64,000 bases of DNA from Chitinophagaceae bacterium (GTDB taxonomy: Bacteria; Bacteroidota; Bacteroidia; Chitinophagales; UBA10324): the NCBI GenBank assembly GCA_016717285.1, contig JADKFU010000002.1:72385-136384 (forward strand), read 5' to 3'. Below the pieces are notes generated by a model that was not told the DNA's origin, ran no database searches, and was given only the letters and a program-made list of their open reading frames with translations. Made by a program: the position numbers and the translations under genes. Positions 49,001 to 57,300 of this stretch are shown here, piece by piece (the first letter of the stretch is position 1; every line of letters starts with the position of its first letter).

Positions 49001-50156
49001 TTGTTACACCTGAAGAAGTTTGAAAAGTACCGCTTATCGTTCTTGCCACATTCATGGTAATTCCACTTGCTCCGGCAACTGTTACGTTTATTGGACCGTT
49101 TGATATTGGCCAATAAGAGCCGCCGTTTTCACCGAACGAACCAGTTGAATTATTATAAATTAAGGTAGCGCCTGACCCATATGTCCAGGTTCCGGTACCA
49201 TCGGCGAAACCACCTTGATTGATCTGGAAAGATCCATTGAGAGCGACTGCACCATTGGCTGTAATGGTAGACGATGTAATTAATGTAGAACCGGCAGCAA
49301 TATTAATAGATCCTGAAAAAATTGAAGCCGCTATATTAGTAACTGTAGCATTATTGTTAACTGTTAAAGTAGAATAGGTAGGCGTGAAGGCAGTGCCTGA
49401 TTTTATCGATAATCCGATTGCCGGATGATTCAGCAAATTTTTAGAGGCAGTTATTGTATTTGCGAATACTGTCAGATTATCAATACGAAAAGTACCAGTA
49501 GCAGCAAACACACCTCTTCCAGTTCTGTCACCCGCACTTCCCGCATAAGCATATACTCTTATTGTAACAGAACTTTGGTTATCAGCACCTGCGGGAAGTG
49601 AAAAACTTCCTGAGGCAGATAAGGTATTGTTTCCAGTTAAAACGGGTGAAGTGGAAGCTACATTAAACGTTGTACCATCCGTGCTGTACAAAATTCCAAC
49701 TCTTGCCGGTCCCGTACCTGATGCCTGATTATCAAATGAAATAGTTATAGTGCTGAAACCGGAAGTATTAACTACAAATTGTTGATAGTTAGTAGCTGCG
49801 GTTCCGGGATCAGTCGTAGAAGCTGACCATGTATTTCCTGTAATCGCTTGACCGCTTGCACTGCCTCCATTAAAAGTGCCGGCTCCCGCAACACCACCTA
49901 CTGACGCAATTCCAGCAGAAGTTAATGCTGCACTACCACTATTTATTTGCGCTTCAACAAGGTTTTCAAAAGTGGTTCGTGTAATATTATTTTCGAAATC
50001 ATAATACAATATCGGAACCTGAGCCATAGCACATTTTCCCATGATCGCAATAATAGAATAAACCATTGCTATCAACCGAACTGCCTTCCCTATTTTACTA
50101 CCGTGAAAACCAGTTCCCGTAATAAATGACGAATAATTTTTTGTAGATGTTTTCAT
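40065..50156 (-). CDS. Giant secreted adhesin-like protein (3363 aa) with a dockerin-like C-terminus and no T9SS CTD
   Basis: Start taken at the internal MKTSTKNY...IAIMGKCAMAQ signal peptide. Order of modules from the N-terminus: an N-terminal lectin-like domain; a long G/T/S-rich beta-helical region; Ig-like modules; a D.DGDG.G/C.D metal-binding-motif cluster; parallel beta-helix repeats; a CNWWGT...SGSVSYIPYL motif; six 82-aa PKD-like modules; HYR-like modules including four 88-aa repeats. The C-terminus is GDVDQNGSIDGGDF...DITGDGVPDGQDY...LGLFVAHP*. Confidence 0.9.
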   Translation of the reverse strand: MKTSTKNYSSFITGTGFHGSKIGKAVRLIAMVYSIIAIMGKCAMAQVPILYYDFENNITRTTFENLVEAQINSGSAALTSAGIASVGGVAGAGTFNGGSASGQAITGNTWSASTTDPGTAATNYQQFVVNTSGFSTITISFDNQASGTGPARVGILYSTDGTTFNVASTSPVLTGNNTLSASGSFSLPAGADNQSSVTIRVYAYAGSAGDRTGRGVFAATGTFRIDNLTVFANTITASKNLLNHPAIGLSIKSGTAFTPTYSTLTVNNNATVTNIAASIFSGSINIAAGSTLITSSTITANGAVALNGSFQINQGGFADGTGTWTYGSGATLIYNNSTGSFGENGGSYWPISNGPINVTVAGASGITMNVARTISGTFQTSSGVTNANNLTLNGTAQINDGGFLTGTPTYGGSSTLIYNTTSYTTTNNEFPSTGVKNVTITAPSGTNTITLNGDKTITGTLAVGNHTLNGGKSINAATITIGTGSMVMGDITTSSAFTCSGASGISLSGAWSVTGFTKSTSTVSFTSSGNLNNIADFYNLTNSGGTRSILANFDVENTLLVSGGDMRVSGGTGKTLTMSGASSTINITSGSITGTDAGTGNDLSLVISGNLTTLTGNATINDDHEKKFFNVTVNSGKTLALSRGILCRYGLFNVFGTLQINASGYVQANPASSVKPGYGASALLVYNSGSSYTVSNEWIIGDGLNNVTIQNGTAVTLGQSRTMGGNLTITSGSLSTNSDLMVGGNVSLGSNFITTTGASKLILSNMAGSISRTSGYVIGTLQRACSGTGTSAVFDIGDATNYTPVTFDFSGSTSGGNLAVSTTVPGGAPAAGNIPTGSGISQTKYLKRLWTVTNVTISNPTYDATFTFVPTDVQGGANTASFIVAKNSGGIWTHPAVGARTSTSTQATGLTAFSDFQLGEEACTDPDVPGITATLNPICNGNNTTLNITSGNLNSAINWQWYTVGCGGTSAGAGTSIVVSPSITTTYYVRGEGGCVAPGTCAEVTITVDPISVGGSVAGSTTVCSGTNSGSVTLSDHTGSVVKWQYSSDNFASDEHDIVNTTTTQSYTNLTSTTSYRAVVQSGVCATANSSSATITVNANVTYYQDLDTDGFGNPDVSQVSCSGAPGGYILDNTDCNDASADEHPGQTWYADVDGDGFGDAAIPLVSCLQPDDYVLDDTDCDDGLFMYADNDGDGAGAGDPVACGEISSYDCNDSDPEFQSYIFYADEDGDGFGDAFFALYTCDNMIPDGFVDNSDDCDDDLLLYADADEDGYGSDIFAACAGATVVTNTDDCNDGNNQVYPGAIEVCANSIDDDCDFSIDEGCSGVTRYFVNDNSTAGDIFTTAVGSNANAGTNSAPFATLAFAINTATTNDTLFVDNGAYTEQVQINKSLVIIGSGSTNTTTILAPASPTNVSNANGTYQPIVYVSGVGNNVEIHDIKVDGDGGRNVSNLIGIYYFEASGLIDDCRVTGIHDAPSVNGNQRGQGIFVNHSYDVNLSHTVTISNSKVDDYQKTGILINELGTEGIVINDSIIGSSVSGIIAQNGIQFGYGAWGTIQGNVISNNLYNTVAPHTDVSSGILLAGAGIDFNNTPTGNSIFIGGAGALANTIIGNETGLFTAGGGFGYDSNAGMIYGANNFSDNNIHVQLEDPATVPSASFVYDKRVDNSSITNVVYGCIQYAVDFAANGDDLNAGSGTFIENVTVHKEVNIGGAGQGSTFVIPAISNPVCGGGSLCGGLASNIFLVQASNVTIHDLTIDGDNPSLNSSVVVDGVDIDARNGIITNHSMGVYQNLEIHDVTLNNIYLRGAYASTGGSFNFHDNTVDNVQGEAASIGMFNFGGTGIFDNNTVSDCNDAIAANNSTGTVFKNNTVTGSASGIHTDNNGSSGGITDTIKNNIVSNSTASGYGIWVFAPYRDVVVKDNTVNNVVVGMALAGQQAAVTPVFMGNTIDGQGNASATGVYVTTSLFGFGSSDVSGVFNNNYIINNADGWYLESEGGQTLTISANNNAIADNSNSNVFDANAGGTLNAGMTCNWWGTTVPGDVGATISGSVSYIPYLKNGTDSQPGSPGFQTNEICNGICLAFTPAISGADTVCAYTTGSIYTTEEGMYDYNWNVSGGIITNVAANVVTVDWDVAGIGIVSVIYTDSTGCTDTSANFEVIIIDAPLPTVEGADTVCAFTTGSAYTTEGGMNNYNWNVSGGVISSVTDSIVYIDWDAAGIGIVSVTYTNDPGCEGASPAFEVTILESPLPTVTGADTVCAFTTGSVYTTESGMTNYNWNISGGVISNVMDSIVYVDWDAAGIGIVSVTYTNEAGCEGTSPDFELIILESPQPTLSGSDTVCAFTTASIYTTESGMTNYNWNVSGGVISNVTDSIVYVDWDAPGIGIVSVTYTNDLGCEGTSANFEVIILDVPLPIVTGTDTVCAFSEDVAYITQGGMSGYDWGVSGGVISSVADNIVYINWDDAGLGTVTVTYTAASGCTGTSAPFEVVINPLPTPTVMGNDYVCPNASGVVYNTEPGQSLYTWNVAGGSIASGGTLADDFIVINWGPAGFGTVSVNYSNEFNCTALASTNYDVTIEDTVKPLIICPGNTGIACDESSDSSNTGMATATDNCDSDPSISYTDVIVPGSCIGNYTINRTWKAQDANGNFATCLQVIVVSDVTDPLIGIPAASLTVECDGSGNTGDLNSWLATNGGASASDACSGVVWSNNYSALSNDCGATGFATVTFTATDDCGNFSTTTATFTIEDTIDPTIGTPASSLTVECDGSGNTGDLNSWLATNGGASASDGCSGVVWSNNYSALSNDCGATGFATVTFTATDDCGNFSTTSATFTVEDTTDPIIGTPAASLTIECDGSGNTSDLNSWLAANGGASASDGCSGVVWSNNYSALSNDCGATGFATVTFTATDDCGNFSTTTATFTIEDTTDPIIGTPAASLTVECDGSGNTSDLNSWLAANGGASASDACSGVVWSNNYSALSNDCGATGFATVTFTATDACGNFSTTSATFTVEDTTDPVIVCPNDTTVSNDATLCSAIITLHNPITSDNCSAISITNNHPGTGFAVGNTTVMWIATDACGNADTCYQQVTVTDDESPTLMGCPSDIVTCDSIASWIPPTPSDNCGIATFTSNYEPGDTLPNGTTLVKYIVTDIHGNTDSCSFNVTVNTCFATLDLKFYIQGYYDAGGMMKPVLYNSGVDANPLSTNVDTVVIALHDSGTPSIVFATFKGILQTDGTLSCTFPASVIGNSYYIAITHRNTLETWSASAVTFSSSMIDYDFSTDVTQAYPDPFNPNPQMTFIDGIWAIYSGDVDQNGSIDGGDFNAMEPDVTFPVFGYNTSDITGDGVPDGQDYNLLEPNVSLGLFVAHP
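41119..42175 (-). repeat. Four tandem 264-bp (88-aa) HYR-like units
   Basis: The units (D)P.IG.PA(A/S)SLT(V/I)ECDGSGNT.DLNSWLA.NGGASASD.CSGVVWSNNYSALSNDCGATGFATVTFTATD.CGNFSTT.ATFT(I/V)EDT repeat four times. The DNA copies are nearly identical by eye (e.g. ggatcagtagtgtcttcaa at 41119, 41383 and 41647). Confidence 0.85.
42428..43913 (-). repeat. Six tandem PKD-like modules (80-86 aa; core period 246 bp)
   Basis: Six copies of .P(T/I)V.G.DTVCAF(T/S)....Y(T/I)T..GM..Y.W.VSGG.I..V.....V..DWD..G.G.V.V.YT...GC...S..FEV.I. The middle three are 82 aa and very similar. Confidence 0.8.
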
Positions 50157-50311
50157 GGTTAATGGTTGATCTGCTGAATGTTTGGATGAAGGGAATGAAA
50201 TTATTAGCGCGTAGTGTAATGGTTGTCGCATTGACGGTTGATTTAATGATTAGTTAAATGGTGGTATTTAATTAAAATGCAGAACTCACTTTATAGATAA
50301 GTTCTCCTTTA

Positions 50312-51187
50312 TTATTTTTTTGCTGCAGGTTTAATCCGGAGGGTAACCTCTTTTTCCGCAGGGCAGTTATTTTCAGGCAAAGTCATCATCACATGCAGTT
50401 TCACTGTTTCATTTGCAATATCCCCGGAAGATGGTTTGTAAACCGTGTTTCCTTCATTTGCATGGGTGAAAGCACCGCTGCCTGCTGAGCGCCATTGAAA
50501 AACTGCTTTTTCTGCACCGGTGGCAACAAGATTCACATTGCTTCCTGGATCAACATTTATCAATTCCTTCGTATAAATTTCAGGGGAAGCATCTATCATA
50601 AGTATCATTACATCAGAATCCGGCAGACAAACACCGAAAGGTTGCGCCTCCAGCATAATGGAGCATCCGCCATTTTTTATGTCATCGGAAGAAGGCGTAT
50701 AAACGGCATCCGCTTTATGCGGCGCGTCAAATGTTCCGGTTCCGTTGGTTATCCAGGTCGTCTCTTTTGCTTTGCCCGGAGTAACCGAACCATGAAGTGA
50801 CACAGTATTTCCTGAACAGATTCGTTGGTCGACTCCTGCATTGGCTTTTATTTCCTGGTTCACAACAATTTTTATTTCATCTCTTACCGGCATGCACGAA
50901 GGCTTATCAGGATTGCTGGCCACCAGTATAAGTAGTACTGTTGTTCCGGCTTCTGAAGCATGAGGAGTGTAATGCGCATTTGGGGTTTCACGATTGGGTT
51001 CGAATATTCCTTTGCCACCGCGCCAACCGGCTTTCGTAGCATCGCCTCCAATAGTACCTCCAAGGTTTACCTGGCCACCGGAACATACATCAATGCCGGG
51101 ACCCGCATTTACCGAAAAGCTGCAGTCCTGTGAGTTCGCCTGCCTGCTGATGAACAGGTTGGAAATAATCAATGCGAAAATCAGCAT
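50312..51187 (-). CDS. Secreted protein of three Ig-like modules (291 aa) with no recognisable sorting domain
   Basis: Start taken at the internal MLIFALIISNLFISRQANSQ signal peptide (the ORF extends to 51229). Three modules follow the (V/A)NAG.(G/D)..(V/I)CSG..V.L.G......(A/T).W...G.G.F......A.YTPS..(D/E)....(V/C).(L/I) pattern. This is the same module type as the 88-aa repeat of the neighbouring giant gene. It ends ...LRIKPAAKK* without a CTD. Confidence 0.7.
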   Translation of the reverse strand: MLIFALIISNLFISRQANSQDCSFSVNAGPGIDVCSGGQVNLGGTIGGDATKAGWRGGKGIFEPNRETPNAHYTPHASEAGTTVLLILVASNPDKPSCMPVRDEIKIVVNQEIKANAGVDQRICSGNTVSLHGSVTPGKAKETTWITNGTGTFDAPHKADAVYTPSSDDIKNGGCSIMLEAQPFGVCLPDSDVMILMIDASPEIYTKELINVDPGSNVNLVATGAEKAVFQWRSAGSGAFTHANEGNTVYKPSSGDIANETVKLHVMMTLPENNCPAEKEVTLRIKPAAKK

Positions 51188-51251
51188 ATTGACTTTGCAT
51201 CCCGTTGTATCTGGTGTTACAGAGATCATGTTTAATCGTTATCACGGAAAT

Positions 51252-51287
51252 TTTAAAAAAGAGGCGCAGTTCTCACCACGCCTCTTT
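51252..51287 (-). terminator. Intrinsic terminator of the >4231-aa giant gene
   Basis: Stem aaagaggcg (51258-51266) / cgcctcttt (51279-51287) with a 12-nt loop. On the minus strand it is followed by a T run (plus-strand aaaaaa at 51255-51260). It lies ~17 nt after the stop at 51304. Confidence 0.7.
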
Positions 51288-51303
51288 GGTATTGATTCAC
51301 AGT

Positions 51304-54300
51304 TTACTGCTGCAAAACTACTTTCAGCACCTTGCTGTTTTCAGCATTCTCCAGGAATATGAAATAAGTAGCTGCTGCAAACTGACTCAGGTCATAATGG
51401 AGTTGATTAGGCCCCATTACGGAAGCACCTTGATCTTCCATCATCAGCCTTCCATTGATATCCCGAATCTGAACCAGATACCTGCTGTCGTAGGATCCAC
51501 TGAATTCAAGGGTGATCTGATCTTTGGAAGGATTCGGATAAACAATTGCCGTGAATGCTTCTTCAGTTACATTCTCATCTTCAAACTTCACGGCCTTGCT
51601 TGCGGAAGCTTTGCAGCCGTTGGCATCCGTAACTGTTACCAGGTAGGTTTGATGCACCAATGGTACACCGTTGCAGGTTCCCACACATTGGGTTGTCGCA
51701 GAGGTATTCCAGAGGTAGCTATAACCCGGCGTGCCACCGGCAGGATTGGCGGTAAGTGATCCGCCTGCAAACGTTCCTGAAATGGAAACAGTGAGTGAAG
51801 CAGCAGGTTGAGTAATGGTAACAACCGTCTGCGCAGTGCATCCATTGGCATCGGTAACTGTAACGGTATAATTTCCTGCTGCGAGGTTGATAATATTCGC
51901 AACAGTTCTGCCATTACTCCACAAATACGAATAGGGAGAAGTGCCACCTGATACAGAAACATTAGCACTGCCATTGCTTTGTCCGCGACACTTCACATTA
52001 ACCTGGCTGGTAGTTAGAACGATAGGTGCTAACACGTTTACCGTAGCATTGATAGACGAACCTGTGCAAGTGGCAGTAGATGGTGTAACAGTAAATGTCA
52101 CCATCTGACTTGTAGGAGTGGTATTGGAAAGAATTCCTGAAATATTCCCACTGCCGCTGGATACAATACCCGTCACATTCGACGTGTTGTTACGCGTCCA
52201 GTTGAAGGTCGTTCCGCCCACTGATCCGCTGAGCACGATTGGAGTGATGGAAGTACCTGAACAGTTGAGTGTCTGACTGGAAGGAGTTGATATTGCATCC
52301 GGTACCAGGTTGAATGAAATGGAAACATCATCGGTAGAAGCCGTGCACGGAGGATTGGAGATGGTCCATCTCAATACATAAGTTGATCCTGCTGTTCCGC
52401 TGAACGCAGTTCCTTCATCACTGTCATCCACAAATGATCCACCCACACCCGACACCACACTCCACTGACCCGTTCCTACGGAAGGATCGTTGGCAGCAAG
52501 CGTTACGGAAGTCAGGCCACAGGTTGATGCTCCTGTTTGATCGGGCCCTGCATTGGCAGTAGTTGGATTTTGATTGAAAGTAATGGTAACGTCATCAGTG
52601 GAAGCAGTACAAGGCGCATTGGAGATTGTCCAGCGCAACACATAAGTTGATCCTGCTGTTCCGCTGAACGCAGTTCCTTCATCACTGTCATCCACAAATG
52701 ATCCACCCACACCCGACACCACACTCCACTGACCCGTTCCTACGGAAGGATCGTTGGCAGCAAGTGTTACGGAAGTCAGGCCACAGGTTGATGCTCCTGT
52801 TTGATCGGGTCCTGCATTGGCAGCAGTTGGATTTTGATTGAAAGTAATGGTAACATCATCAGTGGAAGCAGTACAAGGTGCATTGGAGATGGTCCATCGC
52901 AATACATAAGTAGATCCTGCTGTTCCGCTGAACGCAGTTCCTTCATCGCTGTCATCCACAAATGAACCACCCACACCCGACACCACACTCCACTGACCCG
53001 TTCCTACTGAAGGATCGTTGGCAGCAAGTGTTACGGAAGTCAGGCCACAGGTTGATGCTCCTGTTTGATCGGGCCCTGCATTGGCAGCAGTTGGATTTTG
53101 ATTGAAAGTAATGGTAACATCATCGGTGGAAGCAGTACAAGGTGCATTGGAGATGGTCCATCTCAATACATAAGTTGATCCTGCTGTTCCGTTGAATGCA
53201 GTTCCTTCATCACTGTCATCCACAAATGAACCACCCACACCCGACACCACACTCCACTGACCCGTTCCTACGGAAGGATCGTTGGCAGCAAGTGTTACGG
53301 AAGTCAGGCCACAGGTTGATGCTCCTGTTTGATCGGGTCCTGCATTGGCAGCAGTTGGATTTTGATTGAAAGTAATGGTAACATCATCGGTGGAAGCAGT
53401 ACAAGGTGCATTGGAGATGGTCCATCTCAATACATAAGTTGATCCTGCTGTTCCGCTGAATGCAGTTCCTTCATCACTGTCATCCACAAATGAACCACCC
53501 ACACCCGACACCACACTCCACTGACCCGTTCCTACGGAAGGATCGTTGGCAGCAAGTGTTACGGAAGTCAGGCCACAGGTTGATGCTCCTGTTTGATCGG
53601 GTCCTGCATTGGCAGTAGTTGGATTTTGATTGAAAGTAATGGTAACATCATCGGTGGAAGCAGTACAAGGTGCATTGGAGATGGTCCATCTCAATACATA
53701 AGTCGATCCTGCTGTTCCGCTGAATGCAGTTCCTTCATCGCTGTCATCCACAAATGATCCACCCACACCCGACACCACACTCCACTGACCCGTTCCTACT
53801 GAAGGATTGTTGGCAGCAAGTGTTACGGAAGTCAGGCCACAGGTTGATGCTCCTGTTTGATCCGGTCCTGCATTGGCAGCAGTTGGATTTTGATTGAAAG
53901 TAATGGTAACATCATCGGTGGAAGCAGTACAAGGTGCATTGGAGATGGTCCATCTCAATACATAAGTTGATCCTGCTGTTCCGCTGAAAGCAGTTCCTTC
54001 ATCGCTGTCATCCACAAATGAACCACCCACACCCGACACCACACTCCACTGACCCGTTCCTACTGAAGGATCGTTGGCAGCAAGTGTTACGGAAGTCAGG
54101 CCACAGGTTGATGCTCCTGTTTGATCGGGTCCTGCATTGGCAGTAGTTGGATTTTGATTGAAAGTAATGGTAACATCATCGGTAGAAGCAGTACAAGGCG
54201 CATTGGAAATCGTCCAGCGCAACACATAAGTTGATCCTGCTGTTCCGCTGAATGCAGTTCCTTCATCACTGTCATCCACAAATGAACCACCCACACCCGA

Positions 54301-57300
54301 CACCACACTCCACTGACCCGTTCCTACTGAAGGATCGTTGGCAGCAAGTGTTACGGAAGTCAGGCCACAGGTTGATGCTCCTGTTTGATCCGGTCCTGCA
54401 TTGGCAGCAGTTGGATTTTGATTGAAAGTAATGGTAACATCATCGGTGGAAGCAGTACAAGGTGTATTAGAAATCGTCCAGCGCAACACATAAGTTGATC
54501 CTGCTGTTCCGCTGAATGCAGTTCCTTCATCACTGTCATCCACAAATGATCCACCCACACCCGACACCACACTCCACTGACCCGTTCCTACTGAAGGAGC
54601 ATTGGCAGCAAGCGTTACGGAAGTCAGGCCACAGGTTGATGCTCCTGTTTGATCGGGTCCTGCATTGGCAGCAGTTGGATTTTGATTGAAAGTAATGGTA
54701 ACATCATCGGTAGAAGCAGTACAAGGTGCATTGGAGATGGTCCATCTCAATACATAAGTTGATCCTGCTGTTCCGCTGAACGCAGTTCCTTCATCGCTGT
54801 CATCCACAAATGAACCACCCACACCCGACACCACACTCCACTGACCCGTTCCTACTGAAGGATCGTTGGCAGCAAGTGTTACAGTTGTCAGACCACAGGT
54901 AGAGAATCCTGTTTGATCCGGACCCGCATTGGCAACAGTTGGGGAAGGATTAACATCTACTTCATAATTTGCAGAAGTTCCTTCGCATCCGAACTCATCT
55001 GTATAAGTTACTGCGATAATTCCAAGTATGGCAGCACCCCAATCAACACTCACGGTGTTGTCTGTTGGAGTATAGTTGTCGGCTCCTGAGACACTCCAGG
55101 AATATCCAAAATTGCCGGCTTCTGTAGTATAAATCACACCGGTTGAAAATTCGCACACATCGTTATCTCCGGATACAGTTGGAACCGGTAATTCATGATC
55201 ATGGGATACCACAACTGAATCAATGACTACGCAGCCATTAGTATCTGTTACCGCAACGGTATAGGTTTCCCCGTCTGAAAGTCCTGTTGCCATGGCCGAG
55301 GTTTGCACCGGCATGGTATTCCATGAATAAGTAACTGTACCAACAGCACCACTGACATTCACAGTAGCTGAACCATTATTTCCTCCGAAACACGTAGCAT
55401 TGGATACATCAATTCCGGTAATGGCAATAGTGCATGATCCTGTACAGGACCCTGAAGGTTGGAATCCAGGATCTGCATCTCCGTCAGTACCAGATGTGAG
55501 ATAAGGAGAATAGGTAACACTGCCGGAAATTTTTGATGCAACAGTAGGAGCATCGGTTGTTCCAAACCAGTTACAGGTAGCGCCTACTGTACTGAGTGTG
55601 TTGTTGATGATGGCTTTATTAGCAAAGGAACCACTCAGATCATTTTCATGAACATCAACCGCTGTTGGCGTGCTGTTTATTTTTCCGAATTCACCAAAAC
55701 GCAATCCGTTCTGTGGGCCATTTATTACATTATTTAATACATCTACATTCGTTAGTGTGGCAGGGAATGTATTGTAAGAGGGACTGTCATCCCTTGCTTT
55801 AATTGTTACGGCACATGGTGACTCCACGTGAGAAGAAGGACCCGGAGCACCGCAATCTGTAATTTCATTATTTTGAATAGTGATATTTGAATAACTTGAA
55901 AACTTGAGGTTAATATCTATACCTGCATTAAAGTTATAGGTAGGATCATAACCACTTGAATCCATTCGGATGTTTTCAATCAGCGCATTACTTAGTTTTT
56001 CAAAGTACATTCCCTTCTGCCTGTTATAGCTGAAGTCTGAGTTACGGATGGTTACATCGTCAAAAATGGGTGTGCCTCCTACAGTCTCCATGGAGGCATA
56101 AAATCCCTGCGTGTTTCCGTGAACTTCGCAACCATCCATTAAAAAGTCAGTAACACCTACACCTGATCCAATTCTGACACCGATAATGGTGTTGGATAAT
56201 GTGCAGTTAAGGATATCAAGCCCACTGGTGCCGGTGGACAAATCCACTGCACTGGTGCAACTCGAATCAATAACCAGGTTGACAAGGTCGATTCCCGCAG
56301 CGGACGTAAGGATTCCGCGGGTGAATTTAATCACTGTTAAATCTGACACAGCAACATTGGGTGATGAAATAGTAATTCCATTTCCATTACATGCGGAAGT
56401 TGCTCTCAAAATCGTATTGCCGGCACCTTCACCATTCAGCGAAACTGATTTATTCACGGTTACATTTTCGAGGAATGTTCCTGCGGTTGCTGTGATTGAA
56501 TGACCACCCAGGGTTTGTGCATCATCAATCGCTGATTGTATCGTACAGAATGTCTCGCCTGAATTTGAATTATAAACGTAACCATCACCACCCAAGGGCC
56601 CAACATCGCGCGTATTGATTGTATTGCTTAAAATGTTTCCTGATAAGGTGATACCACAGGCGATAGGAGAGTTGCCTCTTCCAAAGTAGCTATCCGCTAC
56701 ATTATTTTGATCTCCGTCACCGGGATAAGGAGTATGACCTGCCTGGCGCTGAATACCAACATCACAACCGCTCACATCATTGGAGCTTACGGTATGATTT
56801 GTTCCTTCCACCACAATTCCAAACCCTTCACTGGTGCTGGGCTGCGTGAAGCCTGAGACGGTATTGTTCTGTATTACAACCCCAGTTGGTATATCAACAT
56901 TTTCTGGCAATACACCTCTGCGGAAAGCAGCAATACCGGCAATATCACGTGCATCAACTATTGCCGTAGTTCTGGATACATCATTATCTTCCACTACTAT
57001 GCGACCTGCGCCTGTTGTTTCACCGGAACCATTCGGGTTTTTAATTTCGATACCAAAGCGGCCATTGTTCAAAAGCGTATTCATATTGACAAGGTTTTCG
57101 CCGGGGCCTTGCAGTCCCACCAATCCGATACCGTTGTCGCCGTTGTCGTGAATATTGTTGTTGGTCATTGTAACCCCTGAAGCAGTGCCATCCTGTAATT
57201 CAATACCACAACAGTTGTTGCCAAATACATGACAGTTGATGATGGTAATATTTGTCTTCAATCCATTCCAGATTACAATTCCACGTGCACCAATGGTATG

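Noticed and set aside
50232-50311. Terminator-like hairpin (agaact...agttct) after the 291-aa gene
   Set aside because: The stem is only 6-7 bp and A/T-rich with a 13-nt loop, which is too weak to call.
51205-51759. 184-aa plus-strand ORF spanning the terminator and the 3' end of the giant gene
   Set aside because: It crosses an intrinsic terminator and lies antisense to a clear T9SS CTD coding region.
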